A DNA stretch of 64,000 nt from an uncultured Chloroflexia bacterium (GCA_963765765.1 CAVXYC010000014.1:1-64000); one strand, 5' to 3'. Positions 31,163-41,891 are shown, counted from the first letter of the stretch. The notes: generated from the letters alone by a model not told the origin. Translations and numbers: made by a program.

Positions 31163-32032
31163 ATGCAGATCGGATTCGTTGGGACAGGCAATATGGGTCG
31201 GCCCATGGCAACCAATATGCTGAAGGCAGGGCATCAGCTCACGGTCTTCGATGCCAGCCGCGATGCTACCGGGCCACTTGAGGCGCTAGGCGCCCGTAGG
31301 GCAAGCGACTTGCCATCGGTCGCCAAGGCAGCGCCGGTGACGTTTATGAGCTTGCCGAACGATGCAATCGTGGAGGCGGTGCTCTTCGGACGCGATGGCC
31401 AATCCGGGCTGGTGGACGGCGCGTCCAGTGGACACGTCGTGTTCGATCTCAGCACGGTCAGTCCAGAAAGCACGCGGCGGAATGCCGCGCGGGCCGCCGA
31501 GCATGGCGTGCGATTGATCGACGCACCGGTCAGCGGCAGTGTCAGTGGCGCTCTATCCGCCACTCTCGCGGTGATGATCGGCGCACCGGAAGCTGACGTA
31601 GCACCGTATCGATCGGCCCTAGAAGCGATCGGCACGAATATTTTCTGTCTCAATGAAGTGGGATCCGGAAACATCCTCAAGCTGCTGAACAACCTCGTCG
31701 CACTCACCAGTCAAGCCGTACTCTGCCAGGCGATGGCCCTGGCGGATCGCGTCGGCGTGGATCGAGAGACGGCCGCCGAGGTGATCAGCAAAAGCTCCGG
31801 CGGAAGCTTCATTCTTGATCGAAAGCGCACGGCAATCGTGGGACACGACTACGCTCCTGGATTCCACGTTGAGCTGGCACGCAAGGACCTGCGCCTGGCA
31901 CTCGAGCTCGCGGAGCAAGCAGGCGCGCGCCTGGATCTCGTGAAGCCGGCAGAGCAGCTCTATGACGAGGCCGTTCAGGGAGGCTTCGGGAAACTCGATA
32001 GCTGCGGAGTGCTGAAGATTCTCGAGCCCTGA
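31163..32032 (+). CDS. 3-hydroxyisobutyrate/tartronate-semialdehyde dehydrogenase family
   Basis: IGFVGTGNMGRPMA, DLST, DAPVSG, KLLNN, KDL. Confidence 0.92.
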   Translation: MQIGFVGTGNMGRPMATNMLKAGHQLTVFDASRDATGPLEALGARRASDLPSVAKAAPVTFMSLPNDAIVEAVLFGRDGQSGLVDGASSGHVVFDLSTVSPESTRRNAARAAEHGVRLIDAPVSGSVSGALSATLAVMIGAPEADVAPYRSALEAIGTNIFCLNEVGSGNILKLLNNLVALTSQAVLCQAMALADRVGVDRETAAEVISKSSGGSFILDRKRTAIVGHDYAPGFHVELARKDLRLALELAEQAGARLDLVKPAEQLYDEAVQGGFGKLDSCGVLKILEP

Positions 32033-32100
32033 GCAGAACAGGCTAATCGCGGTATCGTTCAGACATCAACGGCGCTTACCAAGACTCGGAAGGACTACTC

Positions 32101-33457
32101 ATGGCCTCATCGCCCAACGGCTCGTCGCATTCGCTGAAGCACCCGCTCGATGGCATTCGCGTCCTCGAGCTGGCCAACTACATGGCCGGGCCATACTGCG
32201 GGATGCTGCTGGCCGACATGGGTGCAGACGTCATCAAAGTTGAGAACCCGCAGGGCGGGGACTTCAGCCGTAACACGGCCCCATTCATTGAGGGCGAGAG
32301 TGTTGGGTTCATGGCCATCAACCGCGGAAAGAGGAGCCTTACTCTCGACCTCAAGTCAGAGCGAGGGAAAGCCATTTTCCTGGACCTGATCAAGTCAGCC
32401 GATGTGATGGTGGAGAACTTCCGTCCCGGTACCATGAACGATCTGGGGTTGGGCTATGAGATGCTCTCATCGCTGAATCAGCGGCTCATCATCTGCGCCA
32501 CCACGGGATTCGGGCAAACGGGTCCGTACAGCAGTCGAGCAGCGCTGGACCTCATCGTTCAGGGCATGAGCGGGCTGATGGCCATCACCGGTGAGCCCGA
32601 CCGCCCACCCGTCAAGGTGGGCGTACCCGTGACGGACCTCACCGCCGCGCTCTTCGGCGCCTATGCTGTCCTGGGTGCCCTCCGCGCTCGCGATATCACC
32701 GGGCGAGGGGCAGCTCGTGGACGTCAGCATGCTGGAATCCGGCATTGCCCTCCAGGTCTGGGAGACCAGCGGATACTTCGCCAATGGCGTTGTTCCGGAT
32801 CCGCTCGGCTCCGCGCACCGCACCAGCGCGCCATACCAGGCGCTTCGCACTGCCGACGGATACGTCACCATTGGCGCAACCAGTCCTCGCAATTGGACTT
32901 CGTTCTGTCAGGCCTTGGGGCTCGAGCATCTCGAGAACGATGAGCGGTTCGCCACGAACGCTGCCCGACGGGCACGGTATGAGGAGCTCGCGGAGCTCAT
33001 CGAAGAAGTTACGATCACCCAGCCCAGCGATCACTGGTACCGTCTTCTCGAAACGGCCGGTGTTCCCTGTGGCGTGCTCAATCGGTTGGACCAGGTCACG
33101 ACTGACGAGCACATTCAAGCGCGTGGCTTCATCCGTGAGCTCGACCATGCGAAGCTCGGCAAGGTCAAGGCTACCGGTTCGCCGGTGCGTCTTTCCAAGA
33201 CCCCGGTTCGCCTGGAGCGCGCCGGTCCGATGCTGGGCGAGCATTCCCGCGAAGTACTCGCTGACCTCGGCCTGCCGATTGGGGAGATTGATGCGTTGCT
33301 GGAGGCAGGAACGATCACGAGCCCGGCTACTGACGCGGCGAGAAGCCTAGATCGGCGAGCGGGATTAGCTTCTCGACAGTGCCGGTATTTCCAGACCAAC
33401 GGTGTCTCCACTCACACAAATGGCCCTCGAATCAAGATTCGAGGGCCATTTGTGTGA
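32101..33457 (+). CDS. Family III CoA transferase (CaiB/BaiF), frameshift ~32705
   Basis: PLDGIRVLEL, AGPYCGMLLADMGADVIKVE, NRGKRS, ENFRPG, GFGQTGP, APYQ, GEHS; true stop may lie earlier. Confidence 0.9.
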
Positions 33458-33458
33458 G
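33411..33458. terminator. Bidirectional terminator between convergent genes
   Basis: CTCACACAAATGGCCCTCGAATC-AA-GATTCGAGGGCCATTTGTGTGAG, perfect 23-bp arms. Confidence 0.75.
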
Positions 33459-33471
33459 CTGCTGTTTGAAT

Positions 33472-34786
33472 TTAGACGCGGGCCAAACCAAGCTCTCCGT
33501 GCTGCTGTAGCAGCGTCTCGAAGTCATCGATATCCGTCACCACGTCAATGGGACGGATGTGGTAGAGCTCGGGGTGCTGCGGCGCGAAGGGCTCGATACC
33601 GCGCTGCAGATTTTTCGCCAGGTTGATCAGCTGGCGTCGCTGTCGGATGATAGCGATGTCCGTGGTGCCGAGATGCTCTCGCCAGCGCTCCACAATGCTG
33701 CCCATTCCATCCGTCATGGCCATGTCCTGCTCGCGCGTCATGCCAATGCCGGTGAAATTGACCGTCTTCTGCATGTCGCGGCTGAGGGCGTAGTCGTTAT
33801 CGCGATTCCAACCGGTCCGCCAGCAATCGATCAGGGTGCGGCTGCCTGGAAGCTTGAAGACCGTCTTGTGCACGCTGTGCGGATTGTTCAGTTGTCGCGA
33901 GCGTTCTTGCTCGTTGAACGGTCGCTCAGGATGGTGGGCATAAGTGAATGCCATGCAGTGCTCATCGTCGATGGGTACCCAGCAGTGTCCCACCGAGGGA
34001 TGATTTGGCGCTGGGATCATACTGAAGATCGGTTGTAGGTACTGAGTACAGCGCCAGTAGTACATGCCGTCCGGGCTCTTACGACGTGAGCCGTAGATGA
34101 AGCCGTAGTCAGTCTCTTTGACGGTGAGTCGTGGGGCTCCATCGTCCCAGCGCGTGGCGGTGCGATCATTGGTGGTGCGCACCTGGCCCTGGAGCACCGG
34201 TGGCATCTTGTCTGGCCCGAACCACCTGTGGTTAAAGCTGATGTGGGCGGAGTCCACGTCACCCTCGATAGCCTGCATGTAATTGGACTCTTGGATCCAC
34301 GTCCGAACAGTTCGCTGATCGTCCGGCACTCGGGTCCATTCGAACTGTGGCAGCTCGGGCTGAAGCTCCTTCGGCCCCATGTAGATCCAGACGACGCCAC
34401 CCGCTTCACGCGCCGGGTAGCTCTTGATCTTCAAGCGCTCCTTGAAGTCGCTCTCGGCTGGCTCGGTCGGCATGCTGACCGTGTTGCCCTCGACATCGAA
34501 CTTCCAGCCGTGGTAGGCGCAGGTCAGCCCGCTCTCCTCGTTCCGCCCGAACCACAGGTCGGCCAGACGGTGCGGGCAATGGCGATCCAGAATGCCCACT
34601 TTGCCGTTGGTGGTCGCGGAAGGCGACGAGCCGCTCGCCGAGGATCTGTAAGCGCCAGGGCTCGCTATCCGGGCCGGGCAGGTCGCTGGCCAGCATGGCC
34701 GGCAGCCAGAAGCGGCGGAACAGCTCGCCCATGGGCGTCCCGGGGCCGGTCCGACACAGCAGCTCGTTGTCTTCTCGACTCAGCAT
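33472..34786 (-). CDS. Rieske oxygenase paralog 4, frameshift ~34610
   Basis: MLSREDNELLCRTGPGTPMG; CPHRLADLWFGRNEESGLTCAYHGW; EGDVDSAHISFNH; EQDMAMTDGMG; EHLGTTD. Confidence 0.92.
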
Positions 34787-34859
34787 GACAGGTCCTCCGT
34801 AATAGTAGAAATCGGGTCACCGGAACTTGCCCAGTGACCCGATTCGACTTCTCGCTCAG

Positions 34860-35978
34860 TTACGCCGGAACGCGGGTTCCTACAAATTCGTGCATGCGCG
34901 ACGTGACGCCGTTCTTTGCGCACTCCTGTTCGTAAAGCTCCAGAATCCGCGGATCCTCGTCCTTGTACTCGATCTGGTTGCCGCCATCTTTAACCGACAT
35001 ATCCATCTTCTCGTAGCCGGCCTTGCGCGCGCTAGAGATAAAGTAGCGAGCACCACCGAAGAGAATCGCTAGATAGCGACTGGAGACATCAGCGGTATTG
35101 AAGTGCTGGTGGAACGTCGGACCATCTGGAGGTGCATAGAGCGAGCCATACTTCCAGTCCACGCGAACCGTGTTCAGCGGATCCTCACCGTCTTTCCAGA
35201 GAAGGCTATAGCCTTTACCAGTCATACAGAAGATGTGCGCGCCAGCATCGTGGCGGTGCGCCTTCTTGTATGTCCCCACGCCGAACTCCGAGATGTGGGC
35301 GTGCATAGTGCTGTCCGCCAGCGTGAACTGGATGTTGCGTCCACCCGCGCCACGCTCCTTCCACTCAGGAAGCTGGAAGCTGGTCAAGTCGGGAACGAAG
35401 TTCGTTTCCCACTGATGTCGGCCCGGCTTGACAGAGCGAAACTCGCCCTCGCCCTGGAAATACTTGTCGTCACCAACGCGATCCTGGAACGCGTGCGCAT
35501 TCTCAAAAATGAAGCTCTCATTGTGGAAGAGATTCATGATGATGGGGAGATTGCTCAGCGATGCGATGCGAGCCGGCTCAGAGCCTGAGCCGTTGAAGTG
35601 CTGGTGACGAGCGTTGATCGGAATAGCGAAAAGGCTGCCGGGTCCCCACTCAAAGGTGTGAGTTCGTCCGTCTGGCGCTTCCACCTTGGTGGCGCCACGG
35701 CCGGTGAGTACGACGACGAGCTTATCGAACAGGTGCTTCTCAGCGTTGAGCTGACCGCCTGCCGGGATCTCCGCCAGATAGCAAGTGACGTTGTCGCCAC
35801 GGCCGACAAGATGGATGTAGGCGCCCAGGCCGCCCTGGCGGGGTGATGGCTCCAGCGGTTGGGTCAGGCAATCGACGGCGTACGCCTCGATAATCGGCAC
35901 GCCTTCTTTCTGAACCCAATTCATATAACTGTGAATTTGATAATGGGGGTTATCTTGCCAGTTCTGCTCGTCGGCCAT
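34860..35978 (-). CDS. Bicupin protein (gentisate-dioxygenase-like fold)
   Basis: EKHLFD, FEWGPGSLFAIPINARHQHFN, YKKAHRH..GAH, FHQHFN. Confidence 0.8.
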   Translation of the reverse strand: MADEQNWQDNPHYQIHSYMNWVQKEGVPIIEAYAVDCLTQPLEPSPRQGGLGAYIHLVGRGDNVTCYLAEIPAGGQLNAEKHLFDKLVVVLTGRGATKVEAPDGRTHTFEWGPGSLFAIPINARHQHFNGSGSEPARIASLSNLPIIMNLFHNESFIFENAHAFQDRVGDDKYFQGEGEFRSVKPGRHQWETNFVPDLTSFQLPEWKERGAGGRNIQFTLADSTMHAHISEFGVGTYKKAHRHDAGAHIFCMTGKGYSLLWKDGEDPLNTVRVDWKYGSLYAPPDGPTFHQHFNTADVSSRYLAILFGGARYFISSARKAGYEKMDMSVKDGGNQIEYKDEDPRILELYEQECAKNGVTSRMHEFVGTRVPA

Positions 35979-36081
35979 AGTGGACCTGCTCCTTCAAGGC
36001 GCCGTGGATCAGCGAGAGCGTGCTCCCGCCATTCGTCCAAAGCGTATCCGAGCGCCGCGACCGAGTCAAAGCAGCGCCGCA

Positions 36082-36184
36082 TTTGAGTCTGCGGCGGAAT
36101 TCGCCGCTTTCTCACGAGGCTGGAAGCCGACTTCCGTGTCGCTCCGCTCCGTTGGAAAGCGGCGAAGACCGCCGCAGTCCCAAA
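36082..36184. repeat. Degenerate REP inverted pair related to 31026-31129
   Basis: TTTGAGTCTGCGGCGGAATTCGCCGCTTTC ... GAAAGCGGCGAAGACCGCCGCAGTCCCAAA. Confidence 0.7.
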
Positions 36185-36195
36185 AGCTGGCCTAT

Positions 36196-37069
36196 CTACG
36201 ACGCGCTGACCTTCCCGCCAACTTGCTTTGCGATGAAGCTTTTGATGCGCTCTAGCATCTGCTCCACCGCGCGGCGCAGACCAGCCGGCGATGCCGTGAG
36301 GCATGCCTTCGAAGAGCGCCAGATCGGACTCGCCGCCCGCCGCACGATAGCGCTGGTCCACTTCCTGGATCATGCCTTTGGGCAGGCTCTCGTCGGCCGT
36401 TCCCTGAATGAGCAGGACGGGCGGCAGCTCAGCGTTTTCACCGCGCTGCAGCATCATCAGGGGTTACCCTCTTCCATGGCAGCCTCGGTGACAAAGTAGC
36501 GATCGTGATTACCGACCAGCTCCTGTCGACCGTCCGACTGCGCCAGACGATAGCGTCCCAGCGCGTCGATAACGCCCCAGCAGGAGATGGCGTAGCTCAA
36601 CGACGCGTCCACGGATGTGTCTTCGAACGGCAATGCCGCGTAACGCGAATCGTTCGGGCGCATCGCGCTCAGGACGATAAGGTGGCCACCACTCGAGACA
36701 CCTAAACCGCCCACGCTGCGGCGATCAGCATTGAAGTCGCGCGCGTGCGACTTCAGCCAGCGGATCGCGTAGTTGATGTCCTGAAGCGACGACGGATATT
36801 GGTCAGCGCCCATGCGGAAGTCGATCGATGCGACGACGTACACCGCTGGCAGGCAAGGCCCTCCGCGATGGCCGGGTTGTTGGTGCGATCACCGCTGTTC
36901 CAGGCGCCGCCGTGAATCTCAATGAGTCGCTGGAAACGGCCCGATCGCCTGCGGGCTTGTAGACCAGCGCCTTGCAATTCTCGTTCGCACCATCGCGTCG
37001 GTAAACAATGTCCTCGGTGGTGAACTCGAGCTTCGCGGCCGGATCGTAGTTGATTGTCGCACTGGCCAT
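36196..37069 (-). CDS. Alpha/beta hydrolase (HSL-like esterase), several frameshifts
   Basis: HGGAW, IDFR, YPSSLQD, GVSSGGH, QGTAD, MPHG. Confidence 0.82.
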
Positions 37070-37292
37070 GAGCAGGGACCTCCCAGAATGCGTTGGCGTC
37101 TTGCGAGCATCATGGTCCGCGCTTCCAGTTGCGTCAAGGATTCCCACCAATGGCAGAGCCGCGTCCCGCAACGCGTGCGGTTCCTCTCCGGCCGTACCAG
37201 GCCGCTCCGCAGTACTCCCAGAGACAGGATGGGTTTTCCGCGCAGCGGCGGCTCGACGGCCGTAAGGATTGATACCGCGGTCGCCCGGTGCG

Positions 37293-38273
37293 CTAGATCC
37301 TCACAAACTTTTGCAGCGAGTGGCAGCCGGCGTGGTAGCGACCGTAGCGGCTCAGCGCCGTCTGGGTCACCTCGCCCACGTAGATGTCGCCGTGCGAATC
37401 GACCCAGAGCCCATGGGGTGAGGCGAAATTGCCCGGGGTGCACGGCTCGTCGCCGCCCCAGCGAGCTAGTACGTTTCCCTCCAAGTCCCGCACTGTCATC
37501 GCCGCTGAGCGCGTTTCTGGCCAGATCCGTCCTGAAAGGCTTGCCACATCGCACTCCCAGGACATCTCACCGATGTACACGGTGTTGTTCTTATCGATGA
37601 AGAGGTCACCCGGACGAGTCACGTTCGTCCAGGCGTCCAGCGGCTCACCGGTTGGGCTGAAAATCTGAATGCGATCGTTCTCTCGGTCGCACACGAAGAC
37701 GCGTCCATCCGTGTGTACCCACACACTGTGCGGCAGATTGAACTGGCCAGGCCCGGTACCGGGCTCACCGAATGATTGAATATGCTCGCCGTCTGCGGTG
37801 AAGCGATGGACGCGGGCATTGCCGTATCCGTCAGAGACGTAGAGATCGCCAGACGTGGACCGCGAAAGTCGCGTAGGTCGGTTAAAGGGCGGGCCGCCGT
37901 GCGTGATGCTCTGGAGATCGCCGCCTGTGTATCCAGTGTCAGACGGCTCGCCCTTCGTTCCAAGCACCTGGAGAAGCCTTCCATCCAACGAGTACTTGCA
38001 AACGGTGTGATCGGTATCGGTCGCAAGCCAGACGGTATCGTCGGGCGTAATGGTGATACCGTGCGGTCGGGAAAACTGCCCTTCACCCCAGGATCCCAGA
38101 AACTTGCCATCGCGATCGTAGACAATGAGCGGGTGCTCACTGCGATTGAATACGTAGACGCGGTCCTGCGAGTCCGTAGCAATGCCGCCCACGTCGCCGT
38201 GCCCCCAGCCTTCAGGAATCTGCTCCCAGTTCTCCGCGAGCTCGTACCGGAAATCACCTGCTCCAACGATCAT
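37293..38273 (-). CDS. NHL-repeat protein (peptidyl-alpha-hydroxyglycine lyase-like)
   Basis: DSQDRVYVFNR, RPHGI, FNRPT, YVSDGYGNARVH, FNLPHS, DRENDRIQ, SPHG. Confidence 0.88.
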   Translation of the reverse strand: MIVGAGDFRYELAENWEQIPEGWGHGDVGGIATDSQDRVYVFNRSEHPLIVYDRDGKFLGSWGEGQFSRPHGITITPDDTVWLATDTDHTVCKYSLDGRLLQVLGTKGEPSDTGYTGGDLQSITHGGPPFNRPTRLSRSTSGDLYVSDGYGNARVHRFTADGEHIQSFGEPGTGPGQFNLPHSVWVHTDGRVFVCDRENDRIQIFSPTGEPLDAWTNVTRPGDLFIDKNNTVYIGEMSWECDVASLSGRIWPETRSAAMTVRDLEGNVLARWGGDEPCTPGNFASPHGLWVDSHGDIYVGEVTQTALSRYGRYHAGCHSLQKFVRI

Positions 38274-38394
38274 TGCTAACCTCCCTGAGTACGAAGGGGA
38301 CCTATTGGACGAAAGGGACCCAGGGCTGTCGTCCCCTGATGTCCATCTCCGTTCCCATAGGTCCCTTTCCGGAAAATAAAGGCTCGCCGCCGTT

Positions 38395-39648
38395 CTAGTT
38401 CATCAAATCCTTCGCGATTTTTTGAGTCTTCTCGATCTCGTCCAGCATCGCCTCGGAGTCGACGAACACGTACTCCACTCCGGGCTGCAGCGCTACGCTC
38501 GGATCGAACACCGGGACGTCAGCCCGACGGCTGTTCTCCTCGATATTCTGCGAATGAGCCAGGCCGCTCTCCTTCCCGAGCGACCAGTTCATAAGCACCT
38601 TAGCAGCGTTGGGATGCGGCGCGTTCTTGAGGAGCCACATCGTCTTGTTGCCAGCGTTGACGTAGTCGGTCTCGGGAATGGGAACGTTCTTGAGGTTCTG
38701 ACCCATCCCTTGCGACATGAAGTCTTTGAGAATCGGAACGTCCACCGCACCAATACCGATGGCATAACGTCCGCGAACCATGAATTCAGTGAGTTGACGG
38801 GCGTCCAGGCTAGCCACAGCTTCCTGGTCCTTGATGATCGTCTGCATGGCCGTGTCACCCGACTTGACGCGGATGGCCGTGAAGGTCAGAAAGCCGGATC
38901 CCTTTGTACGCGGATCTCCCAGGAGGATCTTCCCGCGCCACTTGGGGTCAAGAAGATCGCTGAACTTGGACACCTCGCCCTCCTTCACGAGATCGGTATT
39001 GACCCACACTGACTTGTAGCGATTCTTATCGAGTGCGTAACCCCACTGCTTATCGTCGTCGGGGTATCCGCCCATATATGTGTCCAACCAGCCCCTGTCG
39101 TCCAGGCCTCGGCCCGGACGATGTTTGGCCGCACAGGATCCAGCCCACCCGCCGGCTTGACCTGCCGAATCATCTCTTGCAGGGGCATATAGGCGACATC
39201 CCACGTATACAGCCCAGCCTTCTGCTCCTGAAGCAGTCGCGGCACATAGTCGCGGGACGAAGACTGGAACTGCGTGTGCTCCACCTTGATCCCGGGGTAC
39301 GCGGCCTCGAAAACGTCAAGAATCTTTGCGGTGAGCCGTGCCCGCGTAGGTGGCCACGTTTACGGAGCCTTCCTTGCGAGCTGCCTCAACTACCGTTTCC
39401 CAATCCGCGTCACTTATTGCGCCAGCAACTGCTGGGGCAGCTGCCTTCGCCGCTGGCGCGGTGGTTGGCGCCGCCGCGGGGGCTGCCGCCTGTGTTGGGG
39501 CCGCGGCCGGCGCTGTTGTCGGCTTCGCGGCGGGAGCTGTGGGCGATGGTGCCGAGGCCTGGCTGCAGGCAGCAGTCAGTGCGGCCGCACCACCCAGGCC
39601 CAGTAGGCGTAACGCCGATCTCCTCGAGAGCAATGATTGTTCGCGCAT
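38395..39648 (-). CDS. ABC transporter extracellular solute-binding lipoprotein (Fe3+/thiamine-type fold), Tat signal, frameshifts
   Basis: SRRSALRLL...LTAAC, Pro/Ala linker, WETVVEAARKEG, DLLDPKWRGKI, APHPNAAKV. Confidence 0.85.
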
Positions 39649-39963
39649 TGAGAGAGTCCTCCAGTGGCACCGCGCATGTGAGACATACCGTCGATTCTAA
39701 TTCTCGTGTTCCAAGTGACGCGACCAAAAGACCGTACGGTTCCACCGGGCGAGCGCGCAGCAGACTCTTCGCCCAGCGCCACATGGCATTCAACCAGTCA
39801 ATCGAACCACCCAATTATCCAGGTAGGTTTCCAAGGTGACAGTCCCAAACGAAAGCGCAAAGCCCCGTGACAAGAGCGAGGCGCTCCTCGCCAACATTGA
39901 ACAAGCCGATAGCGAAGCCGAGTAACGCTCCCCAGGAGGCGATCCCGAGTCACGGCCAGCAAT

Positions 39964-40737
39964 CTAGGCTCGAATAAACGAAGCTCCGGAAATCACCAGC
40001 TCCGCGCCACTTACGTACGTTGCATCATCGGAGACGAGGTACGCGATGGCGCTAGCAACTTCTTCTGTCTCCGCGACACGTCCTATGGCTAGCTCGCGGC
40101 CACGGGCCTTGACTTGCTCTTCGGTGGAATCGCGTCGGACCAGATTGGTGTCCACCATAGAAGGGAGAATCGCGTTCGCGGTAATCCCCTTGTCGGCCAG
40201 CTCCAGAGCCAATGACCGGGTGAATCCCAGAAGCGCGGCTTTAGACGTTGCGTAGGCGCCGGTTCCCGGTTTACCACGAAGTCCGAGCACGGACGACATG
40301 TTCACAATGCGCCCCCAGCCGAGTCTGAGCATCCCGGGGAGCACGGCGCGACAACACAGAAACGTGCCGTTCAGATTCACGCCCATAACCCTGCGCCACT
40401 CGTCCAAGCTAAGATCGCGCAACGGTGTATTTGGCGACTGTATGCCGGCTATGTTTACCAGTATGCCGACCGGCCCTTGAGACTCTTCAATTGCCGAGAC
40501 GAGCTGCGTTACGTCAGCTTCGGATGACACGTCACCCTGATATGTCGCGGCTGTGCCATCCCGCTCACGGACAAGTCGTAAGGTCTCATCGGCGCCACTG
40601 CCGTCAATATCCAGGACAGCCACAGGAATCCCGGTCGTGCTTAAGGTCAGCGCGGCCGCCCGGCCTATACCACTCCCCGCGCCTGTCACCAACGCGACAA
40701 TACCCTCTGGACGTTTCGCGACGGATTGGGCGCTCAT
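39964..40737 (-). CDS. Short-chain dehydrogenase/reductase
   Basis: TGAGSGIG, NIAG, NMSS, YATSK. Confidence 0.93.
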   Translation of the reverse strand: MSAQSVAKRPEGIVALVTGAGSGIGRAAALTLSTTGIPVAVLDIDGSGADETLRLVRERDGTAATYQGDVSSEADVTQLVSAIEESQGPVGILVNIAGIQSPNTPLRDLSLDEWRRVMGVNLNGTFLCCRAVLPGMLRLGWGRIVNMSSVLGLRGKPGTGAYATSKAALLGFTRSLALELADKGITANAILPSMVDTNLVRRDSTEEQVKARGRELAIGRVAETEEVASAIAYLVSDDATYVSGAELVISGASFIRA

Positions 40738-41534
40738 GGCATCAACGCTCCGCCGTTGATATGGAGAACCTGGCCGGTCACCCAGCCCGCGCCGGGACCA
40801 AGCAAGTACATCACCGCCCAGGCTATGTCCGCGGGCTGGCCCATACGCTTTAAAGGAATATCCACCACACGCTGTGCGCGCAACGGGGCCTTCTCCTCTT
40901 CAGACAGTCCGGGACCCAGTCGTTCCGTTTCAACGGCACCGGGCGCGATCGCGTTCACGGTGACCGTTGGGGCCAGCTCAGAGGCCAAGACCTTCGTGAG
41001 TCCCACTACTCCGGACTTCGCGGTCGCGTACGATGCGCCATTCGGCCGGCCCTTATAGCCGAACATCGAGCTCAAATTGACGATACGGCCGGAGGTGTCC
41101 AGCAACGGATCGATAGCCGCCTGACAACAGAGGAAGGTGCCCGTAAGCTGCACGTCAATGACGTGGTCCCAATCCTGCAATGTAGTCTCGTGCACAAGTC
41201 CGAATGAGCGGACGCCTGCGGAATTTATGAGAAAGTCGAGCTTGCCAAATCTCGAGATCGTAGCCTCCACCATACGTTCAACGTCAGCCTTATCCGCAAC
41301 GTTGGCGTGGATGCCAATCGTCTCACCACCCAGACGCGCCGCTGTCTGCTCCATTCGCTCCCGCGATCTACCAACGAGGGCAACGTGCGCCCCAGCGTCC
41401 ACCAAGGCTTCAGCTACCCCAAAGCCGATTCCAAGGCTCGCGCCAGTAACCAGTGCCACCTTGTCCTGGAACCACCGGTCAAGAACCGACGTCATACTAC
41501 TCATCGAATTGTCATCTCTTTTATACATACTCAA
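40734..41534 (-). CDS. Short-chain dehydrogenase/reductase (start uncertain)
   Basis: TGASLGIG, NSAG, NLSS, YATAK, NAIAPG; stop overlaps next start. Confidence 0.92.
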   Translation of the reverse strand: MSMYKRDDNSMSSMTSVLDRWFQDKVALVTGASLGIGFGVAEALVDAGAHVALVGRSRERMEQTAARLGGETIGIHANVADKADVERMVEATISRFGKLDFLINSAGVRSFGLVHETTLQDWDHVIDVQLTGTFLCCQAAIDPLLDTSGRIVNLSSMFGYKGRPNGASYATAKSGVVGLTKVLASELAPTVTVNAIAPGAVETERLGPGLSEEEKAPLRAQRVVDIPLKRMGQPADIAWAVMYLLGPGAGWVTGQVLHINGGALMP

Positions 41535-41891
41535 TTACTCGCTGGAGGGAACATCACGTGTTACATCGAGCCACGGGCCTTGTGTAAGGGTGTACTGGTA
41601 TAATTGCACCCCGTCAGTGCGTATGAGAGGATGCACCTGTTTAAGGTGCTTGTATGACGCCCCGCGACACCAGGAGGATACGCTCGGCCCACCAGTTCGC
41701 CCGTCCTGTCGAAGCATTGCGCTCGGCGTCAGCCGTCTTATTTTTGACTCGCGCACCCAATGCAGATACTGTGACCGGCCGACTGAGTGCCTCCTGCCCG
41801 CGTCTGTCACCATCTGGTGCAATTAGAATTCCCCGGAACAACTCAGCTCATGCGCCAGCCTGTGCGCAGCAAGCGCCCCTCGGAGCTTTGA

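Noticed and set aside
38294-38368. Imperfect hairpin AAGGGGACCTAT...ATAGGTCCCTTT between SBP and NHL genes
   Set aside because: Single copy with short arms; cannot tell a terminator, stabiliser or repeat relic apart
39840-39960. Riboswitch-like GAAAGCGCAAAGCCCCGTG segment
   Set aside because: Opposite strand to the flanking genes and required pairings not found
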